Below the pieces are notes generated by a model. That model worked only from the letters and a program-made list of their open reading frames with translations, was not told where the DNA came from and searched no databases. 64,000 bases of DNA from Macrostomum lignano (Eukaryota), in assembly GCA_002269645.1 (NCBI GenBank), contig NIVC01001201.1, positions 1 through 64,000 of the forward strand. Reading direction: 5' to 3'. This document shows positions 30,894 to 44,764 of the stretch, in pieces. Numbering within the stretch: the first letter of the stretch is position 1; each line of letters starts with the position of its first letter. A program made the position numbers and the translations under genes.

Positions 30894-33800
30894 TCACTGG
30901 CAGATTTTCCACTTGCCGCCGACTTTCACACAGGCGCCGCCGGCGTTCGGGCAACGAATGCCGAGCCGAGTGCATGGGTTGTCGGACGGCGCGGCGCAGC
31001 TGCCGCCGGAGCGCTTGAAGCCGGGCAGGCAGGCGCAGGTCTTGGCGCCCCAGACGCCTTCGCAGGACTCGGTGGCCTTGTTGCAGCTGCAGGCCGGCGC
31101 CGGGTCCTTGCAGTCCGCGGCCGCCTTCACTCCGCTGGACGAGTACGTCACCTTCACGGACGTCGAGCTGTCGTCCATGGTCGAGTCGGCCGAGCTGGTG
31201 GGCATGTACACGTCCGACACGCGAAGGCCGGTGATGCAGCCTTGGGGGGGGGGCGACGGGAGACATGAGCTGCCGTTTTCAGCACCGAAAGGAACTGGAG
31301 GATGGGGAACTGGAGGATGGGGAACTGGAGGATGGGGAACTGGAGGATGGGGAACTGGAGGATGGGGAACTGGAGGATGGGGAACTGGAGGATGGGGAAC
31401 TGGAGGATGGGGAACTGGAGGATGGGGAACTGGAGGATGGGGAACTGGAGGATGGGGAACTGGAGGATGGGGAACTGGAGGATGGGGAACTGGAGGATGG
31501 GGAACTGGAGGATGGGGAACTGGAGGATGGGGAACTGGAGGATGGGGAACTGGAGGATGGGGAACTGGAGGATGGGGAACTGGAGGATGGGGAACTGGAG
31601 GATGGGGAACTGGAGGATGGGGAACTGGAGGATGGGGAACTGGAGGATGGGGAACTGGAGGATGGGGAACTGGAGGATGGGGAACTGGAGGATGGGGAAT
31701 TCGAGGATGGGGAATTTGACGATGCAGCTCCATTAAAATGAGATCAAGTACAGTTGGCCATGATTCAACGACAAGCCTGCCAGGTGCTACTAGAAGACAA
31801 AGCCCTGGGGCGGGCCAAGCCACTCACTGCTGGGCAGATTCATGCTGACTTTGAAGGAGTTCACGAGAATCTCCCCGGGGAGCAGGTGCACCTGCGAATA
31901 TTCGTCAACTGCAAGGAAGAGCTGCGACTTGGCCGTGGACACCAGGACCTCGTGCCAGTGGCCGTCGCTGACCACTTTGGGGACGAAGGGCCGGCAGCTC
32001 GAGTCGATGCAGAATTGCAGGGTCTCAGACTCCAGCTGCAGTTTGGGCGATTAACTTATTGCAGTGTGGGATATGCAGTGTGGGATATGCAGTGTGGGGT
32101 ATGCAGTGTGGGATATGCAGTGTGGGATATACAGTGTGGGATATGCAGTGTGGGATATGCAGTGTGGGATATGCAAGTGTGGGATATGCAGTGTGGGATA
32201 TTCAGTGTGGGATACGCAGTGTGGGAAAACTAATATGTAGCAGTCTTGCCTTCAGCTCGAATCGGGAGGCTCCTGAGCCAGTGCTTTCAATCGTCAGCAG
32301 CTGAGTGGCGGTGGCAACTCTGGTGCGGAACCGGAGTCGCAGGCCCAGCGGCGAAGCGATCCGCAGGGGGATGTTGGAGCCGCTGCTCAGCGTCCAGCTG
32401 ATGCCAATGTCGCTGGCGGCCGTGTTCAGGATAAGCAGCTCTGAGGGTGGCGGTGTGGCAGGCGGCTGGACACTGGCACAAACAGGGGCACAAACGGGAA
32501 CTAGAGACACCATGGACATCAGAGACACCATGGACATCAGGGACACCAGAGACATCAGAGACATCAGAGACACCATAGAAATTAGGGACACCAGGGACAC
32601 CATAGACACCAGGGACATCAGAGACATCAGGGACACCAGAGACATCAGGGACACCAGAGACATCAGAGACATCAGAGACACCATAGAAATCAGGGACACC
32701 AGGGACACCATAGACACCAGGGACATCAGAGACATCAGGGACACCAGAGACATCAGGGACACCAGAGACATCAGGGACACCAGAGACATCAGGGACACCA
32801 GAGACACGTAGGAAATCAGGGACACCAGAGACATCAGGGACACCAGAGACACGTAGGAAACCAGGGACACCAGAGACACGTAGGAAACCAGGGACACCAG
32901 AGACACCAGGGACACCATAGACACCAGGGACACCATAGACATCAGAGACATCAGGGACACCAGAGACATCAGGGACACCAGAGAAATCAGGGACACCAGA
33001 GACATCAGGGACACCAAAGACAACAGGGACACCAGAGACATCAGGGGCACCAGAGACATCAGGGACACCATAGACATCAGGGACACCAGAGACATCAGAG
33101 ACATCAGAGACACCAGAGACACCATAGACATCAGAGACACCAGAGACATCAGAGACACCAGGGACACCATAGACATCAGAGACACCAGGGACACCAGAGA
33201 CATCAGGGACACCAGAGACATCAGAGACACCATAGACATCAGAGACATCAGGGACACCAGAGACACCAGCGACACCATAGATATCAGAGACACCAGGGAC
33301 ACCAGAGACACCAGGGACACCATAGACCTCAGAGACACCAGAGACATCAGGGACACCAGAGACATCAGAGACACCAGAGACACCAGAGACATCAGAGACA
33401 CCAGAGACATCAGAGACACCAGAGACATCAGAGACACCAGAGACATCAGAGACACCAGGGAACATCAGGGACACCAGAGACACCAGAGACACCATAGACA
33501 TCAGAGACACCAGGGACACCATAGACATCAGGGACATCAGGGACACCAGAGACACCAGGGACACCAGAGAAATCAGGGACACCAAAGACATCAGAGACAC
33601 CAGGGACACCAGAGACATCAGGGACACCAAAGACAACAGGGACACAAGAGACATCAGAGACACCAGGGACACCAGAGACATCAGGGACACCATAGACATC
33701 AGAGACACCAGGGACACCAGAGACATCAGGGACACCAGAGACATCAGAGACACCATAGACATCAGAGACATCAGGGACACCAGAGACACCAGAGACACCA

Positions 33801-36800
33801 TAGACATCAGAGACACCAGAGACATCAGGGACACCAGAGACATCAGAGACACCATAGACATCAGAGACACCAGGGACACCAGAGACATCAGAGACACCAG
33901 AGAAATCAGAGACACCAGGGAACATCAGGGACACCAGAGACACCAGAGACACCATATACATCAGAGACACCAGGGACACCATAGACATCAGGGACATCAG
34001 GGACACCAGAGACACCAGGGACACCAGAGAAATCAGGGACACCAGAGACATCAGGGACACCAAAGACAACAGGGACACCAGAGACATCAGGGACACCAGG
34101 GACACCATAGACATCAGGGACACCATAGACACCAGGGACACCATAGACATCAGAGACATCAGGGACACCAGAGACATCAGGGACACCAGAGACATCAGGG
34201 ACACCAGAGACACCAGGGACACCAGAGACACCAGGGACACCAGAGACACCAGGGACACCAGAGACATCAGGGACACCAGAGACATCAGGGACACCAGGGA
34301 CACCAGAGACACCAGGGACACCAGAGACACCAGAGACATCAGAGACACCAGAGACATCAGAGACACCAGGGAACATCAGGGACACCAGAGACACCAGGGA
34401 CACCATAGACATCAGGGACACCAGAGACACCAGAGACATCAGAGACACCAGGGACATCAGGGACACCATAGACATCAGGGACATCAGGGACACCATAGAC
34501 ATCAGGGACACCAGAGACACCAGAGACATCAGAGACACCAGGGACATCAGGGACACCGTAGACATCAGGGACACCAGAGACACCAGAGACATCAGAGACA
34601 CCAGGGACACCAGAGACATCAGAGACACCAGGGACATCAGGGACACCATAGACATCAGGGACACCAGAGACATCAGAGACATCAGATACACCAGGGACAT
34701 CAGGGACACCATAGACATCAGGGACACCAGAGACATCAGAGACATCAGAGACACCAGGGACATCAGGGACACCATAGACATCAGGGACACCAGAGACATC
34801 AGAGACATCAGAGACACCAGGGACATCAGGGATATCAATCAGCAGGGCTGCTGCTCACCCTTGCTGCAGGAGGCGGCGCACATTGCGGGGTCGCTGATTT
34901 TCTCATTAGTCATCCTGGTCTGGCCGGAGCAGCGGCACTGGCACAGATCCTTGCGGACGACCCCGAGGAAGCCGTAGCACACGGACTTGTCGCCGCAGAG
35001 GTAGCCGGTCTCCGAGCCGCCGCAGGAGGCGTCCTGCTGGCTGCATTTCTCGGAAGTTTTCGCAATCGGGCCGTTGTGGCCGTCCACCTTCAGGTCAACC
35101 AGCCGGTTGTTGAGCCGCACGTTACGGAAGCAGCCATTGAAGGAGCCGCCGAGTAGGACAGTGGTGCTGCTGAGAGCGAAGTCACCGGACAAGGTGCTCT
35201 CGGCCGTCTGCTGGATGCACTCGAAGCCCGGCTCCACCGTGCAGAACACCGTGACAGTCTGGCAGCACCGGGGGGAATTGATCCGGTGTATCCAATTATA
35301 GCTGATTTATTTATTTCAACAGGGCGTAGCTCGACATAAGAGTGCCCAACTCGAGATAGATATGAGTGCCCAACTCGACATAAGAGTGCCCAACTCGAGA
35401 TAGATATGAGTGCCCAACTCGACATAAGAGTGCCCAACTCGAGATAGATATGAGTGCCCAACTCGACATAAGAGTGCCCAACTCGAGATAGATAGGAGTG
35501 CCCAACTCGAGATAGATATGAGTGCCCAACTCGACATAAGAGTGCCCAACTCGAGATAGATATGAGTGCCCAACTCGACATAAGAGTGCCCAACTCGAGA
35601 TAGATATGAGTGCCCAACTCGACATAAGAGTGCCCAACTCGAGATAGATAGGAGTGCCCAACTCGAGATAGATATGAGTGCCCAACTCGACATAAGAGTG
35701 CCCAACTCGAGATAGATAGGAGTGCCCAACTCGACATAAGAGTGCCCAACTCGAGATAGATAGGAGTGCCCAACTCGAGATAGATATGAGTGCCCAACTC
35801 GACATAAGAGTGCCCAACTCGAGATAGATAGGAGTGCCCAACTCGAGATAGATATGAGTGCCCAACTCGACATAAGAGTGCCCAACTCGAGATAGATAGG
35901 AGTGCCCAACTCGAGATAGATATGAGTGCCCAACTCGAGATGGATAGGAGTGCCCAACTCGAGATAGATATGAGTGCCCAACTCGAGATAGATATGAGTG
36001 CCCAACTCCAGATAGATATGAGTGCCCAACTCGAGATAGATAGGAGTGCCCAACTCGAGATAGATAGGAGTGCCAACTCGAGATGGATAGGAGTGCCCAA
36101 CTCGAGATAGATATGAGTGCCCAACTCGAGATAGATATGAGTGCCCAACTCGAGATAGATATGAGTGCCCAACTCCAGATAGATATGAGTGCCCAACTCG
36201 AGATAGATAGGAGTGCCCAACTCGAGATAGATAGGAGTGCCAACTCGAGATGGATAGGAGTGCCCAACTCGAGATGGATATGAGTGCCCAACTCGAGATA
36301 GATAGGAGTGCCCAACTCGAGATAGATAGGAGTGCCAACTCGAGATGGATTGGAGTGCCCAACTCGAGATGGATATGAGTGCCCAACTCGAGATAGATAT
36401 GAGTGCCCAACTCGAGATAGATATGAGTGCCCAACTCCAGATAGATATGAGTGCCCAACTCGAGATAGATACGAGTGCCCAACTCCAGATAGATACGAGT
36501 GCCCACCTCCAGATAGATAAGAGTGCCCAACTCGAGATAGATAGGAGTGCCCAACTCGAGATAGATATGAGTGCCCAACTCGAGATAGATAGGAGTGCCC
36601 AACTCGAGATGGATAGGAGTGCCCAACTCGAGATAGATAGGAGTGCCCAACTCGAGATAGATAGGAGTGCCCAACTCGAGATAGATAAGAGTGCCCAACT
36701 CCAGATAGATAAGAGTGCCCAACTCGAGATAGATAGGAGTGGAGTGCCCAACTCGAGATAGATAGGAGTGCCCAACTCGAGATGGATAGGAGTGCCCAAC

Positions 36801-39800
36801 TCGAGATAGATAAGAGTGCCCAACTCGAGATAGATAGGAGTGGAGTGCCCAACTCGAGATGGATAGGAGTGCCCAACTCGAGATGGATAGGAGTGCCCAA
36901 CTCGAGATAGATAGGAGTGGAGTGCCCAACTCGAGATGGATAGGAGTGCCCAGCTCGAGATAGATAGGAGTGGAGTGCCCAACTCGAGATGGATAGGAGT
37001 GCCCAGCTCGAGATAGATAGGAGTGGAGTGCCCAACTCGAGATGGATAGGAGTGCCCAGCTCAAGATGTATACGAGTGCCTAACTTCTTAGCAGCAGGAG
37101 ATTCTCCCCAAAGAAACTCGGTGGAACTCACGGTGAGTTTGCTGCCGCTCAGCTTGGCCACAATGGTGACATCCATCCAGAGCCCCTGCTGCACGAATCT
37201 GTTGGAGTGCAGCGCGGTCTGGGTGAACTCGGGCTCCATGCTAGGCACGGTGGCGGTGGTGTACAGCGGTTCGGGCACTCGGCCTAGCTGGACATTGACC
37301 AGATCTTTGGACTTAGACACCAGGGTGACAATGGTGCACAGGTTCCCGTCCGGATTCATGCACCTGCCGGCGAATTTGAATTTCAGCGTCAGCATGTCCG
37401 GCCGGCCGGCTCTGTTCGGCACCAGGTGATGGGTTGTGATGGCGTCGCTGCCGGTGCCGCCGTTGTAGCCGCGGGTCAGCAGCTCGCAGTTGGGCCCGCG
37501 AACCTCGTTCTTGACTTCGGAGGAGGAGCACTCGCAGCTGCGGGACAGCGGGAGGGGCGCAGGCTCGGAGCTCCTGAATTCGCCTCCCGAATCCTTTGGT
37601 TTCTTGGAATTCGCACTGCCCGAATTCAATTCAGAAACAGTCTCCACAAAACGATTTTAAGGAATGAACGCCAAAAATTCGATTTCTTAGAATCCACATC
37701 TCAAATTCGATTTCTTAGAATCCACATCTCAAATTCGATTTCTTAGAATCCACATCTCAAATTCTATTTCTTAGAATCCACATCTTAAATTCGATTTCTT
37801 AGAATCCACCCCTCAAATTCGATTTCTTAGAATCCACCCCTCAAATTCGATTTCTTAGAATCCACATCTTAAATTCGATTTCTTAGAATCCACCCCTCAA
37901 ATTCGATGTCTTAGAATCCACATCTCAAATTCTATTTCTTAGAATCCACATCTCAAATTCTATTTCTTAGAATCCACATCCTAAATTCTATTTCTTAGAA
38001 TCCACATCTCAAATTCGATTTCTTAGAATCCACATCTAAAATTCGATTTCTTAGAATCCACCCCTCAAATTCGATTTCTTAGAATCCACATCTCAAATTC
38101 GATTTCTCAGAATCCACCCCTCAAATTCGATTTCTCAGAATCCACCCCTCAAATTCGATTTCTCAGAATCCACCCCTCAAATTCGATGTCTTAGAATCCA
38201 CATCTCAAATTCGATTTCTTAGAATCCACCCCTCAAATTCGATTTCTTAGAATCCACATCTCAAATTCTATTTCTTAGAATCCACCCCTCAAATTCTATT
38301 TCTTAGAATCCACATCTCAAATTCTATTTCTCAGAATCCACCCCTCAAATTCGATTTCTTAGAATCCACATCACAAATTCGATTTCTCAGAATCCACCCC
38401 TCAAATTCGATGTCTTAGAATCCACATCTCAAATTCTATTTCTTAGAATCCACATCTCAAATTCTATTTCTTAGAATCCACCCCTCAAATTCTATTTCTT
38501 AGAATCCAACCCTCAAATTCGATTTCTCAGAATCTACCCCTAAATTTCGATTTCTTAGAATCCACGTCTTAAATTCGATGTCTTAGAATCCACCCCTCAA
38601 ATTCGATTTCTTAGAATCCACATCTCAAATTCGATTTCTTAGAATCCACCCCTCAAATTCTATTTCTTAGAATCCAACCCTCAAATTCGATTTCTTAGAA
38701 TCCACCCCTCAAATTCTATTTCTTAGAATCCACATTTCAAATTCGATTTCTTAGAATCCACCCCTCAAATTCGATTTCTTAGAATCCACATTTCAAATTC
38801 GATTTCTTAGAATCCACCCCTCAAATTCTATTTCTTAGAATCCACATCTCAAATTCTATTTCTTAGAATCCACCCCTCAAATTCGATTTCTTAGAATCCA
38901 CATCTCAAATTCGATTTCTCAGAATCCACCCCTCAAATTCGATTTCTTAGAATCCACATCTCAAATTCTATTTCTTAGAATCCACCCCTCAAATTCTATT
39001 TTTTAGAATCCAACCCTCAAATTCGATTTCTTAGAATCCACATCTAAAATTCTATTTCTTAGAATCCACCCCTCAATTTCGATTTCTTAGAATCCACCCC
39101 TCAAATTCGATTTCTTACAATCCACATCTCAAATTCTATTTCTCAGAATCCACCCCTCAAATTCGATTTCTTAGAATCCCTTTACTTCAAATGTGATTTC
39201 TTAGAACTTCCTCCCGAATTCGATTTCCCAGCCACTCACGGGCCGTAGCTTGGCACATCAAAGCTGGTCTTGCATTTTCCCGGGGCAGCGCAGGTCTTGG
39301 AATTGCAGGACCCCTGCAGGTCCTTAAAGGCGTCCTTGCCGCACCGCGTTTCCCACTTGGTCGGCATGCCCAGGACGGCCTTGTCGTCCGCACTCTTGAC
39401 GCTGCCAAGCTCCGCGAAGCCCTTCGAAGAGTCGTGCACCAGCACCGATCTGCAGAATGTCTTGCACGTTGAGTAGCAGTCCTTCTCGCCGTCGACTGCG
39501 ACTCCTACTTCCTGCGTGTGTGGGGAAGACGGTGTCAGCGAGAGCCTCTGTCCCACTTAATCCTTCCGCGGGAACCGCTGTCCCACCTGATTCTTCAGAG
39601 AGAGCCGCTGTCCCACCTGATCCTTCAGCGAGAGCTGCTGTCCCACCTGATATTTCAGGGGGAGCTGCTGTCCCACCTGATCCTTCAGCGGGAGCCGCTG
39701 TCCCACCTGATCCTTCAGCGGGAGCCGCTGTCCCACCTGATCCTTCAGGGGGAGCCGCTGTCCCACCTGATCCTTCAGCGAGAGCCGCTGTCCCACCTGA

Positions 39801-40088
39801 TCCTTCAGGGGGAGCCGCTGTCCCACCTGATCCTTCAGCGGGAGCCGCTGCCCTCCGCTCCTTCTACTACCGCAGTTGCAGCGAATGCAGGAGAGAATTT
39901 TCAATATGCTACTACAAGTAACAAACCGAGCACATGGTTTACCTTTGCATTGTTCCTGATGATCGTCTCAGCCTTGTCTTTGGGAATCAGGTTGCCCGAG
40001 CCGTCGTATAGCAAGATGCCGGTGCCGCCGGGGCCGCCGGAGCTGCCGGAGCTGCCGGAGCCGCCGGAGCTGCCGGAGCCGCCGGAGC

Positions 40089-40128
<40 letters not shown>

Positions 40129-41446
40129 CGCATTGCTGGTAGCAACCGTGGCCGTGTAACCAGAATCCTTAAGCTTTTTCAGGAGATTCTTGACCTTGTC
40201 GCTTTCACCTGCAGGAGCGTGAAACAGAGCCGAGAGGCATTGAGATGGCCTTATAAGAGGCGGCCTTATAAAATTTTATGAACGTCTGAAAATCAAAAAT
40301 ATTCTACTGGCCAAATCAATTCGTACCATTGACAACAACCGTCTGGGGGAGATCTGTGGGGCTGACCTTGTTGACATTGATGGTGCCCTTGAAGATGACG
40401 ATTTTACCGTCGGGGCCCTTGCCGATGACCGTGAAAGGCACGTCGCAGTTGGGCAGGGCGCCTCGGTAGGCCAGCTTGTTTTTCGGCGAGCTGGACTCGT
40501 CACCGAGCAGCAGGTGCGGCAGCGGCGAGGTGATGCTGAGTATCTCGGTCACCGAGGGGAATGTGATGTAGCCGAACCCGTCCTTGAAGTTGGCGTCTGT
40601 CGGATCAAATTTCCGGCATTATTTCATGAATTCAAGTGGCTTCGGTTTGGTTGAATTCGAGCATTATTAACTATAGGGCTTAGTTATGGTATGAGAAATT
40701 TGAGTTTTTCTAATTTTATTTAACTGCTTCGAGCTTCTATCATTAACTTTCAACTAGAGAATCGTGCTATTAAAAGATTGCCTAGTCAAAACTGTACTGC
40801 ATGCTTAAACCACTCTCAGTTAAAGTCCAAATCTGATGGGAATTACATGTACATGTATACTGATCTTACCGACTATTGTTGGGAAGTACTGGTTAGTCTG
40901 AATGAGTGCTCAACAGTGTTTATCAGTTCTAATCAGTGTTCATCAGTGCTCATCAGTCCTCATCAATGCTCATCAATGCTCATCAGTGCTCATCAGTGTT
41001 GCTCAGTGCTAATCAGTGCTCATCAATGTTCATCAGTGCTCATCAGTGTTGCTCAGTGCTAATCAGTGCTCATCAATGCTCATCAGTGCTCATCAGTGCT
41101 CATCAGTGCTCATCAATGTTCATCAGTGCTCATCTGTGCTCATCAGTGCTCATCAGTGCTCATCAGTGCTCATCAGTGCTCATCAGTGCTCATCAGTGCT
41201 CATCTGTGCTCACCAGTGTTCCGCAATACAGAAGTTGCTGGATTCAGCTGTTTTGATTGAATGGAAATCATATATAGCTCACCTGCACAACGACTCATCC
41301 GAGCTCGTACATGTAGGATCAGTAGATAATCCAACAAACTCACCGGCGGGGCCGTTAACGTTCACAGAAAAGTCAGCGCCAACAAGAGCCACCGCAGCCG
41401 CAGCCAACAGAAGTCTGGCCAGAGTGCAGCGCCGATCTCCCAGCAT
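30894..41446 (-). CDS. Secreted cadherin-like / EGF / laminin-G domain protein, 9 exons, ~840 aa
   Basis: Exons 41446-41344, 40596-40327, 40208-39943, 39511-39240, 37537-37132, 35258-34859, ~32500-32250, 32035-31828, 31240-30894; phases are consistent except that the exon 7 acceptor is uncertain. Signal peptide MLGDRRCTLARLLLAAAAVALVGA; (GGS)n linker; EGF CNSKTCAAPGKC...GPCEC...GPNCE split across an intron; LamG motifs LKFKF, LLGGSFNGCFRNVRLN, LRFRT, VSDGHWHEVLV, GCITGLRV; terminal EGFs. Confidence 0.75.
31290..31722. repeat. 15-bp near-perfect minisatellite in cadherin-like intron 8
   Basis: (ggggaactggaggat)n, ~28 copies. Confidence 0.95.
32060..32225. repeat. 14-bp minisatellite in cadherin-like intron 7
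   Basis: (gcagtgtgggatat)n. Confidence 0.9.
32503..34835. repeat. 9-bp-based complex minisatellite filling cadherin-like intron 6
   Basis: Mixed gacaccag(a/g)/gacatcag(a/g)/gacaccata units over ~2.3 kb. Confidence 0.95.
35325..37080. repeat. 24/20-bp minisatellite filling cadherin-like intron 5
   Basis: gagtgcccaactcgagatagata(t/g) alternating with gagtgcccaactcgacataa. Confidence 0.95.
37675..39225. repeat. 28-bp minisatellite (~55 copies) filling cadherin-like intron 4
   Basis: gatttcttagaatccac(at/cc)ctcaaattc. Confidence 0.95.
39548..39850. repeat. 30-bp minisatellite in cadherin-like intron 3
   Basis: gagccgctgtcccacctgatccttcagcg(g/a), ~10 copies. Confidence 0.9.
40905..41218. repeat. 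10-bp repeat in cadherin-like intron 1
   Basis: (cagtgctcat)n. Confidence 0.9.
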
Positions 41447-42039
41447 GTCTTCCCGACGGACTCACTGCAGTTATTATTCGCCGAAAATTTATTCTCTATA
41501 CTCAGATTTCTGACTATTAAACTGTCAACATGAAGCGGGCAGAGTTGCACAGATAACAAGTGAAGTCTCCAGTGACCGGGCTGACCGCTGCGATATGCAT
41601 TTGCAGTATCTCTCGCTGACGGTACAGGCAGGCGTCTTGGCCACAGACTGCTGCTGCGGGGCTGCTACCATAGACAGTTCAGAACTGCTGCCCTAAGATA
41701 GCCGAGCTGAATAAAAGTGCATGGGGATCTACGTGTGTAACTTTATCGCTTTTATAGCTCTCTCGGCCATATTTAACTCGCCGGCTCTCGATGTACTTGT
41801 ACTTTAGTCTGCCATGCCGATTTACATGATTGTTATTGACACGAGATTGCCACACCAAATTAACCATTGAAAGCAGCGCTACGCGGCTTCAGCTTACGCA
41901 ATTGCTGCCGAAAAAAATCGGTATATATCGTTACATTGTTGCAGCTTTGGCTTTAAGTTTCTTAAACAACTTGTACGAATAGCACAGTATAAACACAAAA
42001 GACAAAATAACAAATAGAACTGATGCACATGAATTTAAA

Positions 42040-43735
42040 TACTGATGAGTACTGAATGAACAATGATGAGCACTGATGAGCACAGATGAATGTTGATGAG
42101 TACAGATGAGCACAGATGAATGTTGATAAGCACCAATGAGCACAGATGAATGCTGATGAACATTGATGAGCACTGATGAGCACAGATGAATGTTGATAAG
42201 TACCAATGAGCACAAATGAGCACAGATGAATGTTGATGAGTACAGATGAGCACAGATGAATGTTGATAAGCACCAATGAGCACAGATGAATGTTGATAAG
42301 CACCAATGAGCACAGATGAATGTTGATAAGCACCAATGAGCACAGATGAATGTTGATAAGTACCAATGAGCACAGATGAGCACAAATGAATGTTGATGAG
42401 CTCCAATGAGCACAGATGATTGTTCATGAGCACAGATGAGCCCAGATGAATGTTTATGAGCACAGATGAGCACAAATGAATGTTCATGAGCACAGATTAG
42501 CACAAATGAATGTTCATGAGCACAGATTAGCACAAATGAATGTTCATGAGCACAGATGAATGTTCATGAGCACTGATGAGCCCAGATGAATGTTTATGAG
42601 CACAGATGAGCACAAATGAATGTTCATGAGCACAGATTAGCACAAATGAATGTTCATGAGCACAGATTAGCACAAATGAATGTTCATGAGCACAGATGAG
42701 CACAAATGAATGTTCATGAGCACAGATGAATGTTCATGAGCACTGATGAGCCCAGATGAATGTTCATGAGCACTGATGAGCCCAGATGAATGTTTATGAG
42801 CACAGATGAGCACAAATGAATGTTCATGAGCACAGATTAGCACAAATGAATGTTCATGAGCACAGATGAGCACAAATGAATGTTCATGAGCACAGATGAA
42901 TGTTCATGAGCACAGATGAATATTCATGAGCACAGATGAGCACAAATGAATGTTCATGAGCACTGATGAGCCCAAATGAATGTTCATGAGCACTGATGAG
43001 CCCAAATGAATGTTCGTGAGCACAGATGAGCCCAAATGAATGTTCATGAGCACAGATGAGCACAAATGAATGTTCATGAGCACTGATGAGCCCAAATGAA
43101 TGTTCATGAGCACAGATGAGCACAAATGAATGTTCATGAGCACTGATGAGCCCAAATGAATGTTCATGAGCACTGATGAGCCCAAATGAATGTTCATGAG
43201 CACAGATGAGCACAAATGAATGTTCATGAGCACTGATGAGCCCAAATGAATGTTCATGAGCACTGATGAGCCCAAATGAATGTTCGTGAGCACAGATGAG
43301 CACAAATGAATGTTCATGAGCACTGTCGAGCCCAAATGAATGTTCATGAGCACAGATGAGCCCAGATGAATGTTCATGAGCACAGATGAGCACAAATGAA
43401 TGTTCATGAGCACAGATGAGCCCAGATGAATGTTCATGAGCACTGATGAATGTTCATGAGCACAGATGAGCACAAATGAATGTTCATGAGCACAGATGAG
43501 CACAAATGAATGTTCATGAGCACAGATGAGCACAAATGAATGTTCATGAGCACAGATGAGCACAAATGAATGTTTATGAGCACCAATGAGCACAGATGAG
43601 CACAGATAAATGTTGATAAGCACCAATGAGCACAGATGAGCATAAATGAATGTTGATGAGCACCAATGAGCACAGATGAGCACAAATGAATGTTGATGAG
43701 CACCAATGAGCACAGATAAGTGGCATATGAGTACA
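42040..43735. repeat. 10-bp-based array with 30-bp higher-order unit
   Basis: gagcacagatgagcacaaatgaatgttcat and variants. Confidence 0.92.
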
Positions 43736-44139
43736 GATAAGCACGGAGGCTGTGGCAGAATAAATATTGGGCTGCAAAAGAAAAGCAAGCCAATGATTGA
43801 ACAAGTCACGATATTGATTTGCAGTTCACGAGAGTTGCTGCAGCAGTTGGTCTCACAGCACAGCTTACAAAGAGTGAGGACTGCAGCTGCTGGGCTTCCA
43901 ATTCGATATATTTTCATTAATTCATTCGGTGCCAGTCAGCAGGCAGGTAAATTTTATGACACCAGGGTCAGGTAGGTTTGAACAAAGCAAACCAGTTTAT
44001 GACATCGACTGCAGCCGCAGGGGCTGGGGCAGGGGTCGGGGAGTGGACACAAAACAGCTACCAACGACAAGAGCATGCAAACATGTAAGGATAAATTTTA
44101 GATAATGGCCAAGGCTGACTGACTGGTTTGCACAGGAAT

Positions 44140-44730
44140 TTGCACAGCAATCCGCCATCCTTAACCTGCATATAGATTAGCAATCCACCATCCCTAATCT
44201 GCACATAGATTAGCAATCCACTATCCGTAATCCGCACGGATTAGCAATCCACCAGCCATAATCCGCACGGATTAGCAATCCACCAACCATAATCCGCACG
44301 GATTAGCAATCCACCAACCATAATCCGCACGGATTAGCAATCCACCATTCCTAATCTGCACATAGATTAGCAATCCACCATCCCTAATCTGCACATAGAT
44401 TAGCAATCTACCATTCCTAATCTGCACATAGATTAGCAATCTACCATTCCTAATCTGCATATAGATTAGCAATCCACCATTCCTAATCTGCATATAGATT
44501 AGCAATCTACCATTCCTAATCTGCATATAGATTAGCAATCCACCATTCCTAATCTGCACATAGATTAGCAATCCACCATTCCTAATCTGCATATAGATTA
44601 GCAATCCACCATTCCTAATCTGCACATAGATTAGCAATTCACCAGCCCTAATCCACACGGATTAGCAATCCACCAGGCCTAATCTGCACACAGATTAGCA
44701 ATCCACCAGCCCTAATCCGCACGGATTAGC
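44140..44730. repeat. 33-bp minisatellite just downstream of WDR53 stop; each unit carries a GATTAG/CTAATC inverted pair
   Basis: gattagcaatccaccattcctaatctgca(c/t)ata. Confidence 0.9.
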
Positions 44731-44764
44731 AGTAATCCCCAGCCAGCAGATGGCACACAGGCGG

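Noticed and set aside
30913-37064. (EDGEL)n, (GTGGW)n, (SLVSLM)n and (HSYLSRVG)n ORFs as repetitive structural proteins
   Set aside because: All lie inside introns bounded by GT/GC-AG sites whose flanking exons join in phase into EGF/LamG domains.
41931-43917. Small membrane-protein gene split by the 42-43.7-kb array (Cys-rich hydrophobic segment at 43917-43745; hydrophobic tail at 42030-41931)
   Set aside because: No convincing splice donor, no recognisable homology, and AT-rich composition unlike real exons here.
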